NCBI GenBank assembly: GCA_963827275.1
Contig: CAWHAA010000009.1
Span: 32,001-96,000, forward strand
Direction of reading: 5' to 3'
DNA: 64,000 nt
Source: an uncultured Spirochaetota bacterium
GTDB lineage: Bacteria > Spirochaetota > UBA4802 > UBA5550
A program made the translations under genes and the position numbers. How positions within the stretch are numbered: position 1 is the stretch's first letter; the number at the start of each line of letters is the position of its first letter. The notes under the pieces are model-generated. The model saw nothing but the letters and a program-made list of their open reading frames with translations. It was not told the origin of the DNA and searched no databases. Of the stretch, positions 1 to 10,299 are shown piece after piece.

Positions 1-673
1 GCCGGGGGAAATCCTGCTGTTTCTCGACCTTGATGAGGTTCCCGGGCCTGGAATCAAAGGGGCGGAAAAATATCTTCGCGCGGGAGTTGTATTTTCGCCT
101 CAGGAATTCGGCGATGATGCACTTTGAATAGAAGGTGCGCATCTTCGCCTCCATCGATTTTGAGCGGTCCAGGAGGATGAAAAATTTCTGCTCGTAGCGG
201 GTCGCTTCCTTCCCCTTCTTGTCGCGGGAGGTGGATATCGGCTTGAAGCTGTCTGCTTCGGTCTCGTAGTGCCGCTGGACCAGCAGGGTCTTCGTGTACA
301 GCTTCATGTCGAAGACTTCCTGCTCAAGGGCCAGTTCGCGGGGCAGGGCTTTTTTCAGGTCGATGATGTTCCGGTAGCGGTCGATCTCCATCCGGTCGGA
401 CAGGGGCGAAATTTTTTCAAGGCGGTTGACCTGGATGCTCTCCTTGCGGTCAGGCTTGTAGTCCTTGTCTTCTTTGGATATCTCCTCGATGGCGGTGAAG
501 GCGTCGTTGAGCCGCTCGTCGGTGAAAATCACGCGCGCGATCTCGAAAAGCGCGAAGAACTGCGGGGGGAGGATGGAGCGCGAATATTCGAAAAAGCCGA
601 GAGAGTCCCAGTATTCGAAAAAGTCGATGTCTTCGGGGTTGGTTCTTCTGAATCCGACGCTTTCCGGGCTCAC
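1..673 (-). CDS. VWA (MIDAS) domain protein, ViaA-like partner of the MoxR ATPase; runs off the window edge
   Basis: Hand translation from GTG at 673 is open (VSPESVGFRR...) and includes QKFFILLDRSKSME, a DxSxS MIDAS motif. Lies directly downstream of the MoxR gene. Not in the ORF track. Confidence 0.8.
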   Translation of the reverse strand, partial: MSPESVGFRRTNPEDIDFFEYWDSLGFFEYSRSILPPQFFALFEIARVIFTDERLNDAFTAIEEISKEDKDYKPDRKESIQVNRLEKISPLSDRMEIDRYRNIIDLKKALPRELALEQEVFDMKLYTKTLLVQRHYETEADSFKPISTSRDKKGKEATRYEQKFFILLDRSKSMEAKMRTFYSKCIIAEFLRRKYNSRAKIFFRPFDSRPGNLIKVEKQQDFPR

Positions 674-685
674 GGCAGGCCTCTG

Positions 686-2179
686 CTAGTAGAGTTCACG
701 GTAGTCCTGCATGATGCCGTTTTTCAGCTCCTGTACCTCTTCCACCGCGGGGGTGAGATCGAGAATGTTTTTCTTCAAGGACTCGATGGTGAGCTTCTGG
801 TCGTCTTCCGGCCGCCGGTTGGGGAAGAGCTTCCTCAGGAATTCAAGCACGCTCTGCAGAACGCCCTTGCGGGCCAGGATGGCGTCGCGCCGTTCCGGGT
901 TCTGCCGTATCTCCTGGAACACCTGGCGGATGTTCAGCAGAAGTTCGATCTGCTGGAACGCCCCGGTTGCCTTGTAGTGCGTCATGGTCTGGTTGAAGGT
1001 GTCGAGATACAGGTCGACCTCGGATTTGTCCTTTGCCTTTACCGATATGTAGCTGTTGAGCGTGGTGAGGCAGAGGAACATCTCTTTCAGGTCGTCGGTC
1101 GTCACCTGGAACCGGTTGTTCAGGAGGGCCGAGGCACGGAGGAAGTCGCCCTGTTTCGCGATTTTCCGCGGTGACAGGAAATAGTTATAGTCGCTCTTGC
1201 GCATTTCGCTCATGAACTTGTCAATCAGCACGTTTTTCATGAAATAGATGAAGTCCGGCGTTTCGATCCTGATGGTGCGGTTCTTGTTCTTGATGATATC
1301 ATACAGGTAGAGTATCTGGTTGAAGAATATCTTTTGTTCGGGCTCCACCGGCTTTCCGCCGCTCATCGAGTAGGTGTGGTCGATGAGGAGCTGGTTGTAG
1401 ACGTTCGTGTTTTCAGGGATAATGGACTTGTAGGTAAAGCGGTCGAGCACCGCTTCGGTGACCTCGTTCATGCGCATGTAGTTCGCGGTGGCGATCGCGG
1501 TATGAACGGCGGTATCGATCTGCTCGGAGCCGTTGATGAATTTCCGCTCGTTCAGTACCGTGAGGAGCGACCGGAGCACCACGTCGCTGGCGTCGAAAAA
1601 TTCGTCCAGGAACACGAGGTTGGCCTCTATGATGGACCCCATGATGTTGTGGCGTATCCGTCCTTTTTTGAATTCTTCGATATTGTACGGGCCGAAATAG
1701 TTGTCCGGGGTCTGGTCCTTGCTGGCCTGCGACGAGAAGATCCGGGCGCCTTCGAAGGTGTTGAATATGTACTGGGCGAGATATGATTTCGCCATCCCGG
1801 TTCGCGACAAAAGCAGCATGTGCTCGCCGGTGAGGATGGCGAACATTGCCTGCCGGACGATTTCGCTGCGGCCGATGACATTTTCGCTGATGCGGTTCAT
1901 GTGCCAGTTCAGGTTTCCCACGATGGTGGGGATGTCGAATTCATCGGACCTGATGGTCGCGAGCTCGCTTTTCTGGTCGGGGATTTTTTCAACCGGAGCC
2001 GCGGGGGTGGCAATCTTTTCCCTGTCACTTTTTTTTGCAAGGAAGTTGAGGTAATCCCGCGCACGCTCGGATTGTTGTGTCGGCACCTGGTCCTGAAGCC
2101 CCTCGGGAAGCTTGGCCTGGTTGATTACATTGAAACCGTCTTCCTCGAGAATTTTCTGTATATCTTGTTGTTTGCTCAT
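686..2179 (-). CDS. MoxR/RavA-family AAA+ ATPase
   Basis: VIGRSEIV..AILTGEHMLL, Walker A variant SRTGMAKS, Walker B VFLDEFF, AVLDRF motif; adjacent to a VWA gene. Confidence 0.85.
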   Translation of the reverse strand: MSKQQDIQKILEEDGFNVINQAKLPEGLQDQVPTQQSERARDYLNFLAKKSDREKIATPAAPVEKIPDQKSELATIRSDEFDIPTIVGNLNWHMNRISENVIGRSEIVRQAMFAILTGEHMLLLSRTGMAKSYLAQYIFNTFEGARIFSSQASKDQTPDNYFGPYNIEEFKKGRIRHNIMGSIIEANLVFLDEFFDASDVVLRSLLTVLNERKFINGSEQIDTAVHTAIATANYMRMNEVTEAVLDRFTYKSIIPENTNVYNQLLIDHTYSMSGGKPVEPEQKIFFNQILYLYDIIKNKNRTIRIETPDFIYFMKNVLIDKFMSEMRKSDYNYFLSPRKIAKQGDFLRASALLNNRFQVTTDDLKEMFLCLTTLNSYISVKAKDKSEVDLYLDTFNQTMTHYKATGAFQQIELLLNIRQVFQEIRQNPERRDAILARKGVLQSVLEFLRKLFPNRRPEDDQKLTIESLKKNILDLTPAVEEVQELKNGIMQDYRELY

Positions 2180-2190
2180 CGCGGTGCCTT

Positions 2191-3810
2191 TCAGGATGTT
2201 TTTTCTACTACAGGCAGGACGATCCGGAAGGATGTGCCCTCGCCGGGGGCGCTCTTTACGCCGATAGAGCCGCCGAGGTTCTGGACGATGGCGGAGGCGA
2301 TCATCAGCCCGAGTCCCGTTGCCTGTTTTCCCTTTGTGGTGAAAAAGGGCTGAAATATTTTCTGGAGGTTTTCTTCGGGTATCCCGACGCCGGTATCAGC
2401 AATCGTCAATATCGCGAAAACGCCATCGTTTGATTTCTTGGTGATCACCGAGAGGCGGATTGATCCCTTGTTGGGCATCGCCTCTTCCGCGTTTTCGATG
2501 AACTGGATGAGAAGTTGCTGGAGCTGGTTCTGGTTCGCCCGCACGGCGGCCTCATCCCGGGTGGATTCCACCGTGATTTCAAAACCTTCACTCCTGAGGC
2601 GTTTGAGCATCACCTCGACCTGGTGGCTGGTGAGTATTTTGTTGAGGTCGCAGATGTCCTTTTCATCTTCGTCCGCCGAGGAGAGGCTTGTCAGTTGCTC
2701 GGTGATGTTTTTTATTCTTCCCAGCTCATGGTGAAGGGACACGATGTAGTCGCCCGAGGGGCTTCCTTCTTCAAGGTTGTTGTCGACGAAGTTAAGGTCC
2801 ATCACCATCTTGTTGATGCTGGCTTTAAGCTCCAGTGCCACGCCCGATGCGAGGATCCCGAGGGCGGACAGCTTTTCAGCTTCGAACACGCGGTTGGTGA
2901 TGACGGCCTGCTCGGTATGGTCTTCAACCATAAAAATGATTTTTTCAAAGTTGTTTGCCGAATCGGTCAGTGGGACCAGTGTCGCGTTGATTATCAGGTT
3001 GCGGCCGCTCGTCAGCGCGCGATACGGGATGTTGAAAGCCCTCACGGTTTTCTTTTCATTCTGGCAGTTCTCATATAGCTTCCCGAGTTCGCTGTCGGTG
3101 AAGCCTTTTTCGTTCAACAGGTTGACGCCGACGAGCGTGTCAGTCTGGCTGTGGCCCATTATCTGCTTCAGGGCCGGGTTTTCTGACATGACGATCCCGG
3201 ATGGATCCATTACGAATATCCCGACGGGCGCATGGTTGATGATGTCTTCGTTGAAGTCGCGGAGGCCCTTCAGCTCGGTTGCCTGCGCGAGCTGTTCCTT
3301 GACCTTTATCTCGAGTATCCGGCTGTACTCGTTGGCTTTTTTCTCTGCCAGGTGCTTGTCGGTGATATTTTTCATGATGCCAACAAGCCCGACGATTTCT
3401 CCCTCGTCTGACTTTATCGGCGATAAGCTCGCAGTCAGGTATATCTTCTGCCCCTTTTCGTTATAGGTCTTGAGTATTTCATTCCTGAAGGTCTTTCCAT
3501 TCTTGGTGACCTCATTGAATACAAAAGCGGCGCGGTCCTGCTCGATGCTCGGTATATTCCTGGAATAATGGCTGCCCATCTTGTTATCTTCTGAAGTGGG
3601 GAATAATTCTTTCCATGCTGAATTGATGTAGATAATATTACCCTGCTTGTCGATCACGAAGATAAGATCGGAGGCAGCTTCCAGGAGGGAATAATAATCG
3701 ATCTTTGTTCCCCCGATTTCTCCGGCGCTGCTCTTGTGTTTCTGATGGAGATCCTGAATTTTCCGGATCAGTTCATCTTTTGAGAGATTGTGCAGGTTCG
3801 TGGAATCCAT
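2191..3810 (-). CDS. Double-PAS histidine kinase-like protein lacking the phospho-acceptor His
   Basis: Two PAS/PAC regions; HATPase boxes ENAEEAM, DTGVGI, FQPFFTTK, GLGL; H-box reads GVALELK. Confidence 0.85.
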   Translation of the reverse strand: MDSTNLHNLSKDELIRKIQDLHQKHKSSAGEIGGTKIDYYSLLEAASDLIFVIDKQGNIIYINSAWKELFPTSEDNKMGSHYSRNIPSIEQDRAAFVFNEVTKNGKTFRNEILKTYNEKGQKIYLTASLSPIKSDEGEIVGLVGIMKNITDKHLAEKKANEYSRILEIKVKEQLAQATELKGLRDFNEDIINHAPVGIFVMDPSGIVMSENPALKQIMGHSQTDTLVGVNLLNEKGFTDSELGKLYENCQNEKKTVRAFNIPYRALTSGRNLIINATLVPLTDSANNFEKIIFMVEDHTEQAVITNRVFEAEKLSALGILASGVALELKASINKMVMDLNFVDNNLEEGSPSGDYIVSLHHELGRIKNITEQLTSLSSADEDEKDICDLNKILTSHQVEVMLKRLRSEGFEITVESTRDEAAVRANQNQLQQLLIQFIENAEEAMPNKGSIRLSVITKKSNDGVFAILTIADTGVGIPEENLQKIFQPFFTTKGKQATGLGLMIASAIVQNLGGSIGVKSAPGEGTSFRIVLPVVEKTS

Positions 3811-3830
3811 ATGGGGTAACAGGCGTGCGC

Positions 3831-4253
3831 CTATTTGTGTCCTTCCGGGGTTTTTGCCGCAAATTTAAGTTTTCTCTGGAGCTTGTTGGCGGTAATGAGG
3901 AACCATACCTCAACAAAAAGGCTCAATATCGTACCGAGAAGGAAAGAGCCGCCGAAGAATATCTGGTCCATCCCGAGAAAAAATAACCCGCCAAGAGCAA
4001 TGATGGCGAGAAATAGTATTTTGATAGGAAAAGAGGCAAGCGTTACAGTGAACATCACCATTATATTGGAGACGATCGCCTTTCTCGCAATGAAAATCCA
4101 TACCAACGAGAAGAACATGCTCAACATGGTACCGAGGAAGTAGCCCTTGAATTCCGGAAGGCTCCTGTTGAAATAGCAATAAACCGAAATCGCGATATTG
4201 AGGATTATTGGCAGGCAGATAAGAATGGTCGCTTTAATAAATATCTTTTTCAT
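3831..4253 (-). CDS. Small membrane protein (~4 TM)
   Basis: Hydrophobic 140-aa ORF co-oriented with its neighbours. Confidence 0.6.
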   Translation of the reverse strand: MKKIFIKATILICLPIILNIAISVYCYFNRSLPEFKGYFLGTMLSMFFSLVWIFIARKAIVSNIMVMFTVTLASFPIKILFLAIIALGGLFFLGMDQIFFGGSFLLGTILSLFVEVWFLITANKLQRKLKFAAKTPEGHK

Positions 4254-4442
4254 TGCTACTCTGTCATGGTTACGTTAAATTTTTAATAGTGCATCGAGAG
4301 AAAAAATATGAAGATATCTGCGGCAAGGGGAGGTCTGTCTGGTGCAGTCATCCCCTTGCCGCTAATTTCTATTTTATTACCACCACCCTTGCATGATTCC
4401 GGTGCGGTGTCAAGTCTATTTGTCTATGGACGCAGTCCTGCT

Positions 4443-5135
4443 TTATCCGAGCTTTTTCATCAGATCATCGCTGACTTCTTTCACGCCCGGTTTTCCGTCA
4501 AGTTCAATAATCCGGGGAACACCCTTGTTTTCCGTGGACAGCTTTTTAAAATAGCCCACCGCCGCAAGCGTGCCGGTTTTTGTGTTGTAGTAAATATCAT
4601 GACGCTTGCCGATAGCCGTCTCGTCCTGGTCGTCTGAACGGGCGGAAAGTTTGCCGCCGCATACCCGGCATACCATTTCGCCGTCTTTTTCGGCCGGCTT
4701 GATGGCGTCTATGAAAATATTATTGGGATGGTTGTTGTCGTTCGCGCAGAGCCTTCTTCCCATGATCCGGTTTTTCGCGATTTCCCGGTCAAGTAATATC
4801 TCTATAACGCAGTCGAGCTTTATCCCGGCTTTTTTGAGGGCTTCGTCAAGAGCCTTGGCCTGTTCGTCATTCCGGGGAAAGCCGTCAAGGAGCCATCCTT
4901 TTTTGCAGTCGTCCTTTTGGAGACGGTCAAGGATCATCGGGATGGTAATATCGTCGGGAACAAGGTCCCCGCGATCGATATATACTTTCGCCTTCTTGCC
5001 GAGTTCAGTGCCGCCTTTGATATTTTCCCTGAAAATAACGCCAGATTCGATATGCGTAACATTATACTTTTTTTGAACCACTGCGCCCTGTGTGCCTTTG
5101 CCGCTTCCATTGGGCCCAAATATAAGAATATTCAT
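4443..5135 (-). CDS. adk: Adenylate kinase with metal-binding LID
   Basis: GPNGSGKGTQ P-loop, LLDGFPR, LID motif C-x5-H-x19-C-x2-C. Confidence 0.95.
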   Translation of the reverse strand: MNILIFGPNGSGKGTQGAVVQKKYNVTHIESGVIFRENIKGGTELGKKAKVYIDRGDLVPDDITIPMILDRLQKDDCKKGWLLDGFPRNDEQAKALDEALKKAGIKLDCVIEILLDREIAKNRIMGRRLCANDNNHPNNIFIDAIKPAEKDGEMVCRVCGGKLSARSDDQDETAIGKRHDIYYNTKTGTLAAVGYFKKLSTENKGVPRIIELDGKPGVKEVSDDLMKKLG

Positions 5136-5394
5136 GAAAACACCTCTTTTGATAATTTTTTACAGAATGAAAACTTGCTATATAAAAGTAAAGAAAGTTT
5201 TTCTATTAAATCCCTAAAATATTACACTAAATATGGCTTTTTTGGGAGGCTGTGCGGAAAAATTTTTTATGGATCAACTCAGGATTTTCGTTTCATTTCA
5301 TATCGCGACTGTCGCAATTTTGATTTTTTGCTGGTGTCGATTTTCAATCGATAGTTATCGGTATGCTGTTATACTATGTAATTAAGGAGATTGG

Positions 5395-5859
5395 ATGATG
5401 ATTGAGAGCACGATCAATATGCATGTTGAAATTCTCGGAAAGCTTACACAGGCAGCTCTTGTTACCGGTCAAAGCCGGCAGAAGATCATATCATTCATAT
5501 TGAAAAAGTTTGCCGATGAAACTCGGCTCCCGCTCTCGCCATGGTCAAGAATTAGATATCAGGGCCGGGATAGCAGGGATAACTGGCATAGGCTTCATGT
5601 TGCTTTGTCGCCGGCCGAATATGAGTTGTTGTTGGATTTGAAGAAGGCTTGTAAATTATCTGGTTCAAGGATTATTGCGTATGCGATAGAGAAGTATCTT
5701 TTTGATCTCTTGAACAATTTTACGGAAACTACCGATAACTATCGATTAAACAGTTATATCTTGTTGTATGGGTCGATCGATAATGTGGCTTACTGTGTCC
5801 AGTATTGGGGAATGCCCACACATCCCCCTGCATTTCCATCACGCCACTCCAATATCTGA
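5395..5859 (+). CDS. Hypothetical protein, possibly a ribbon-helix-helix-like DNA-binding protein
   Basis: 154-aa ORF with an AAGGAG RBS in an AT-rich patch; fold guessed from the pattern only. Confidence 0.55.
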   Translation: MMIESTINMHVEILGKLTQAALVTGQSRQKIISFILKKFADETRLPLSPWSRIRYQGRDSRDNWHRLHVALSPAEYELLLDLKKACKLSGSRIIAYAIEKYLFDLLNNFTETTDNYRLNSYILLYGSIDNVAYCVQYWGMPTHPPAFPSRHSNI

Positions 5860-6077
5860 ATAAAACCAGGCGGGTTTCTACGCATAGATGCAGATATGGA
5901 ATTTGCTTCAGTCAAACAGTCAATAAAAGACTTGCAATATAATTTACTCTGTGGCATTACGACTCAAGTGTTTTTAATACGTATATTTTCGCAGCCCGCA
6001 CGGGCGGTGAAAATTGCCGCTCAGTATATCGCAGCCGGGCGTTCCCGTTTTGCTGTTTCGTAAAATAGAAAGTATCA

Positions 6078-6764
6078 ATGGGCATTATTCAGAATTATAA
6101 CAGGATCCGGGACGAGATCGCGAAGACGGCCATATCCGTTGGAAGAAACCCCGGCGATATACGCATAATAGCCGTTAGTAAGACTTTCGTTGCGGCGGTC
6201 GTCCAGGAGGCGATCGACGAAGGAATCCGGGTTTTCGGCGAGAACAAGGTCCAGGAAGCGAAAAGAAAGATCCCGCAGCTCAAAGGGAGCTTTTCCTTTC
6301 ATATGGTGGGGCACCTTCAAACAAACAAGGCCCACGATGCGGTGAAGATTTTTGACCTTATTCATTCCATCGACAGGGCCGATACCGCTGAAAAGGTGGA
6401 CCTGGAATCAGGCCGTATCGGCAAGATACAGAAGGTCCTCGTGCAGGTGAATGCATCGGGGGAAGAGAGTAAAAGCGGGGTTGCTCCGGAATCAGCGCTC
6501 GCACTGGTTACGCGCGTGCTGGAACTTGAGCACCTGGAGCTCATGGGGCTTATGGCCATGGCGCCGTTTACCGATGACGCGGGCCCGGTGCGGAACGCAT
6601 TCAGGGAGACGCGGCGGTTGCTCGATGATATCAACAACTCCCTGGGGATTGACCTCCGCGAGCTTTCCATGGGGATGTCATCGGATTACCGGATTGCGGT
6701 AGAAGAGGGCGCGACACTGGTGAGAATAGGGACGGCGATTTTCGGAGACAGGAACCAGGAATGA
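6078..6764 (+). CDS. yggS: PLP homeostasis protein YggS/PlpBP
   Basis: IAVSKT, FGENKVQE, HMVGHLQTNK, LSMGMSSDY, VRIGTAIFG. Confidence 0.95.
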   Translation: MGIIQNYNRIRDEIAKTAISVGRNPGDIRIIAVSKTFVAAVVQEAIDEGIRVFGENKVQEAKRKIPQLKGSFSFHMVGHLQTNKAHDAVKIFDLIHSIDRADTAEKVDLESGRIGKIQKVLVQVNASGEESKSGVAPESALALVTRVLELEHLELMGLMAMAPFTDDAGPVRNAFRETRRLLDDINNSLGIDLRELSMGMSSDYRIAVEEGATLVRIGTAIFGDRNQE

Positions 6765-7573
6765 CTGCGGGGAAAAAAACTATAGGCTGTATTGGCGCGG
6801 GCAACATGGGCGGGGCCATCCTGTCACGGTTGGCCGCGGGCATTGACCCGTCACTCATATTGGTGTATGATGCTGATGCCGACAAGGCAAAGAAATTGTC
6901 CCGCGCCACCGGGATAACGGTCGCGGCCACGGCGGAAGACCTGGCCCGCGCGTCGTCGATCATCATTGTCGCGGTGAAGCCTGATACTGTCGCGGCCGTC
7001 CTGGGCGCCATCAAGGGATCAATAGCCGCAGGATCGATTATCGTGTCCATCGCGGCGGGCATAACACTGGCCGCCATGGAGAGGATCATCGGCCCATCGG
7101 CGAAGCTCGTACGGGTTATGCCCAATACCCCGTCCCTGGTCGGCGAGGGAATGTCGGTGCTATCCCCGAACGCGAACGTTGATGGGGATTCACTAATTGA
7201 GGTGGAGCAGATATTTTCGAAGATCGGCAGGGCTATGGTGCTGCCGGAAAAACTGATGGATGCCGTTACCGGCCTGTCGGGCAGCGGCCCGGCGTACGTG
7301 TTCACCTTCATCCAGGCGCTGTCCGATGGCGGCGTCAAGCTGGGGATCCCGCGCGACAAGGCTCTTCTGCTTGCCGCGCAGACGGTGATGGGAGCGGCGA
7401 AATACGTGCTGGAGACCGGCGAGGACCCCATGTCTCTCCGGGGGAAGGTGACATCGCCCGGCGGGACCACCATTGAGGGCATCCATGTGCTCGAGCGGAG
7501 CGGTTTTGCCGGAATCGTCATGGACGCTGTCGAGCATGCCGCGCAAAAATCTCAACGACTTGGAGAAAAATAA
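6761..7573 (+). CDS. proC: Pyrroline-5-carboxylate reductase
   Basis: IGAGNMG, VMPNTP, GLSGSGPAY, VTSPGGTT. Confidence 0.95.
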   Translation: MTAGKKTIGCIGAGNMGGAILSRLAAGIDPSLILVYDADADKAKKLSRATGITVAATAEDLARASSIIIVAVKPDTVAAVLGAIKGSIAAGSIIVSIAAGITLAAMERIIGPSAKLVRVMPNTPSLVGEGMSVLSPNANVDGDSLIEVEQIFSKIGRAMVLPEKLMDAVTGLSGSGPAYVFTFIQALSDGGVKLGIPRDKALLLAAQTVMGAAKYVLETGEDPMSLRGKVTSPGGTTIEGIHVLERSGFAGIVMDAVEHAAQKSQRLGEK

Positions 7574-8550
7574 TGCTGCATTGGCCGCCTTTCAGCAGGT
7601 ATCAGGTCCGTCAGATCAAGACCTACGGGATTATCTTCTCCATCGCCCTTGTCGCTATCATCCTCCTCGGGAATTGCATCACCGCCCTGGTGCGCGACAG
7701 CGTGAAGGTTAAAAAAGGGAGTTACGCGGTCAAGGAGGGGTTCCCCCTCTTCATTGATCAGGCTGAATATATCAAAATGGTAAAGAATTATCCCTATGTC
7801 GCCGGCGTCAGGCTTATGACCCACCGGTTAGTCGGGGGTGAATCATACTGGGATGTCGCGTATCAAAATAATATTTCTGTCGATACCATTATCGCTGCAA
7901 ATCCATTCATTACCACGCTGGTCCCGAAAGACGGGATCGAAATTGTGGTGCCGGCCCAGGATGGCGTCCTGCTTGCCATCGATGACATCCTTGATGTGCG
8001 GCGGATGCGCAATCGACTCGGTTTTACCGGCGAGGTGAGGGGAGACTATCTTCCCACGCCGTTCAAGCTTATTTCAACCGATGACATACGCCTTGTTTTC
8101 TTCAAGGGATCGCGGCCCCTTCTCGTAAACAATGACCTTGAAAAGCTCTATCGCATAAAAAATATTTTCAGGTCACCGATCAAGGGCAATTTTACGTCCC
8201 TGTTCGGTAACCGCGAACATCCCTTCATGATGGACGGATCATTGCGTTATCACAATGGCGTCGATATCATATCTCCCTGGGGGACGCCCGTGCACCCCGC
8301 GCGGGACGGCATGGTCATATTCACCGGGTGGCGCGGGGGCTTCGGCAATACCGTTATGGTCCAGCACTATGAAGGCTACACCACGCTGTACGGGCATCTC
8401 GAATCGATCAGCGTAAAATGCGGGGATTGGATCACCAAGGACCGGCCCCTCGGCAGGGTGGGTTCTACCGGCTGGTCAACCGGGCCGCACCTGCACTTTA
8501 CGGTTATGAAGCACGGCCGCGACCTGGATCCGCTCCTGTTCATCTGGTAG
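7573..8550 (+). CDS. LysM / M23 family peptidase
   Basis: N-terminal TM, LysM-like segment, HNGVD, YGHL, STGPHLHF. Confidence 0.9.
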   Translation: MLHWPPFSRYQVRQIKTYGIIFSIALVAIILLGNCITALVRDSVKVKKGSYAVKEGFPLFIDQAEYIKMVKNYPYVAGVRLMTHRLVGGESYWDVAYQNNISVDTIIAANPFITTLVPKDGIEIVVPAQDGVLLAIDDILDVRRMRNRLGFTGEVRGDYLPTPFKLISTDDIRLVFFKGSRPLLVNNDLEKLYRIKNIFRSPIKGNFTSLFGNREHPFMMDGSLRYHNGVDIISPWGTPVHPARDGMVIFTGWRGGFGNTVMVQHYEGYTTLYGHLESISVKCGDWITKDRPLGRVGSTGWSTGPHLHFTVMKHGRDLDPLLFIW

Positions 8551-8557
8551 CCATTCG

Positions 8558-10192
8558 ATGCGCCTGGCCGGCATCTCCGCTCTCCTCTTCCTGCTGTCCT
8601 TTCCTGTCGCCTGTTGCGAATTCGCGCCCTGGCCGCTCATTTTTATCGCCCTGGTGCCGTTTTTTATATCGCTTGAACGGGCCGACACCTATGCGCGGTC
8701 ATTCACCGCCGGTGCTCTCTGGGGCGCCGTCATCTCGATCGGCATGGCATACTGGCTTGTCAATGCCATGATCGGGGAGTATGGCGCCTCTGTCCTTACC
8801 GCCGCCGTATTCATGGCGCTGGCATGCGTGCTCCCCCACGGCATCCTGTACGGCATGTTCGGGCTGATGTACCGCTTTTTAAAAAATTCCATCTTCAACC
8901 CGGAGAGACAGCTGCTGTTTTACGCGCTTGCTCTCCCTTCCCTCTGGATAATGCTCGAATATGTCCGCGAGATAGTCCCGGTGATGGTGCCCTGGGGCTC
9001 GCCTGGTTATGCGCTCCAGCCGTGGAACCTCTATATGCAGATGGCAGATATCGCCGGCCTGCACGGCATAACGTTTACCGTGCTAATCGTAAATGCCGTC
9101 ATCGCGTGCCTATGCAGGGACCTGGATTGGATCACGGCATGGCGGGATTTTTCAAAACCGGGCTTTTTCGGACGGGCAGGGACATATATATCACGCAGCC
9201 GTGCCCCCCTGATCCTCCTGCTGTGCGCTATCATTCTCCCCCTGTTGTATGGCGTTGTGCGCCGGCCCCAGGTCCGACAGATGGCTGAACGGGAACATGC
9301 CGCCGGGAAGGAACTGGTTGCGACGATAGTGCAGCCAAACTTCTCGCAGGACGAGCGATGGCAGGACGCCGGCTTCATGGACCGGGTCAATGTCTGCATG
9401 GGGCTGACCGGCAGGTGCGGCGCGCTCGCGGGCACCCGGAATGCCGCTTCCGGCACGGACGGGAACGATGCGGCGGAACGCGATGGTTTCGTGATATGGC
9501 CGGAGACGGTCCTCAATGCCGGGCGCATGGTGAATTCAGGGCTCTTTTCCTTCATAACGTCCCGCCTCTCAGGGTCACGCGTACTCGTTGCCGGCGGCAT
9601 ACGGCGGGAGATCGGCACCGGCGGAGTCTACAACAGCGCATATATTGTGTCGGGCAGGGAAGACGTTACTTTTTATGACAAGAATGTCCTCCTGCCGTAC
9701 TCGGAGACGGCGCCCTTCGGCCGGATATTCGGGGCATACTATACCGCCCCCTCGGAGTTCCTGCAGGGAGCCACGCCGCCGGCGGCCCGCACCGATGCGG
9801 GGATCATCGGCCTCTCGATTTGCTTTGAGGCGGTATATCCCTGGCATGTGCGGCGCTCGGTCCGCGACGGGGCCGGCCTGCTCGTCAATATCTCAAATGA
9901 CGGCTGGTTCGGAAGGACCTCTGAGCCGGTGATGCACCTCCGCCAGGCTTCCGTTCGCGCCATTGAAAACAGGCGCTTCATGGTGCGCGCTTCCAACAAC
10001 GGGTACTCGGCGATTATCACCCCCGCGGGTGAAGTCATCGCGAAATCACGACTGTTCACCAGGGAATGCATCAATGGCGGGATCGTCATGCTCCGGTCGA
10101 TGACGCCGTTTACGCTGCTGGGAGAATGGATCATCTACGCCGCGGCAGGTGTGCTTGTGGCGATGCTTGCGGTTTTCATCGTGAAAAAATAG
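8558..10192 (+). CDS. lnt: Apolipoprotein N-acyltransferase
   Basis: Multi-TM N-terminus; WPET, YNSA, YDK..LLPYSE, ICFE, NISNDGWF, RAIENRR, RASNNG. Confidence 0.92.
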   Translation: MRLAGISALLFLLSFPVACCEFAPWPLIFIALVPFFISLERADTYARSFTAGALWGAVISIGMAYWLVNAMIGEYGASVLTAAVFMALACVLPHGILYGMFGLMYRFLKNSIFNPERQLLFYALALPSLWIMLEYVREIVPVMVPWGSPGYALQPWNLYMQMADIAGLHGITFTVLIVNAVIACLCRDLDWITAWRDFSKPGFFGRAGTYISRSRAPLILLLCAIILPLLYGVVRRPQVRQMAEREHAAGKELVATIVQPNFSQDERWQDAGFMDRVNVCMGLTGRCGALAGTRNAASGTDGNDAAERDGFVIWPETVLNAGRMVNSGLFSFITSRLSGSRVLVAGGIRREIGTGGVYNSAYIVSGREDVTFYDKNVLLPYSETAPFGRIFGAYYTAPSEFLQGATPPAARTDAGIIGLSICFEAVYPWHVRRSVRDGAGLLVNISNDGWFGRTSEPVMHLRQASVRAIENRRFMVRASNNGYSAIITPAGEVIAKSRLFTRECINGGIVMLRSMTPFTLLGEWIIYAAAGVLVAMLAVFIVKK

Positions 10193-10299
10193 CGGATAGC
10201 TAATTATTGTGTTAATATCATAATCATAAATGACATTTTTTTGAATAAAAAAATCCGACTGGACGGTAAACTGGTGTTGGTAAAATTTAACTCGAATTG

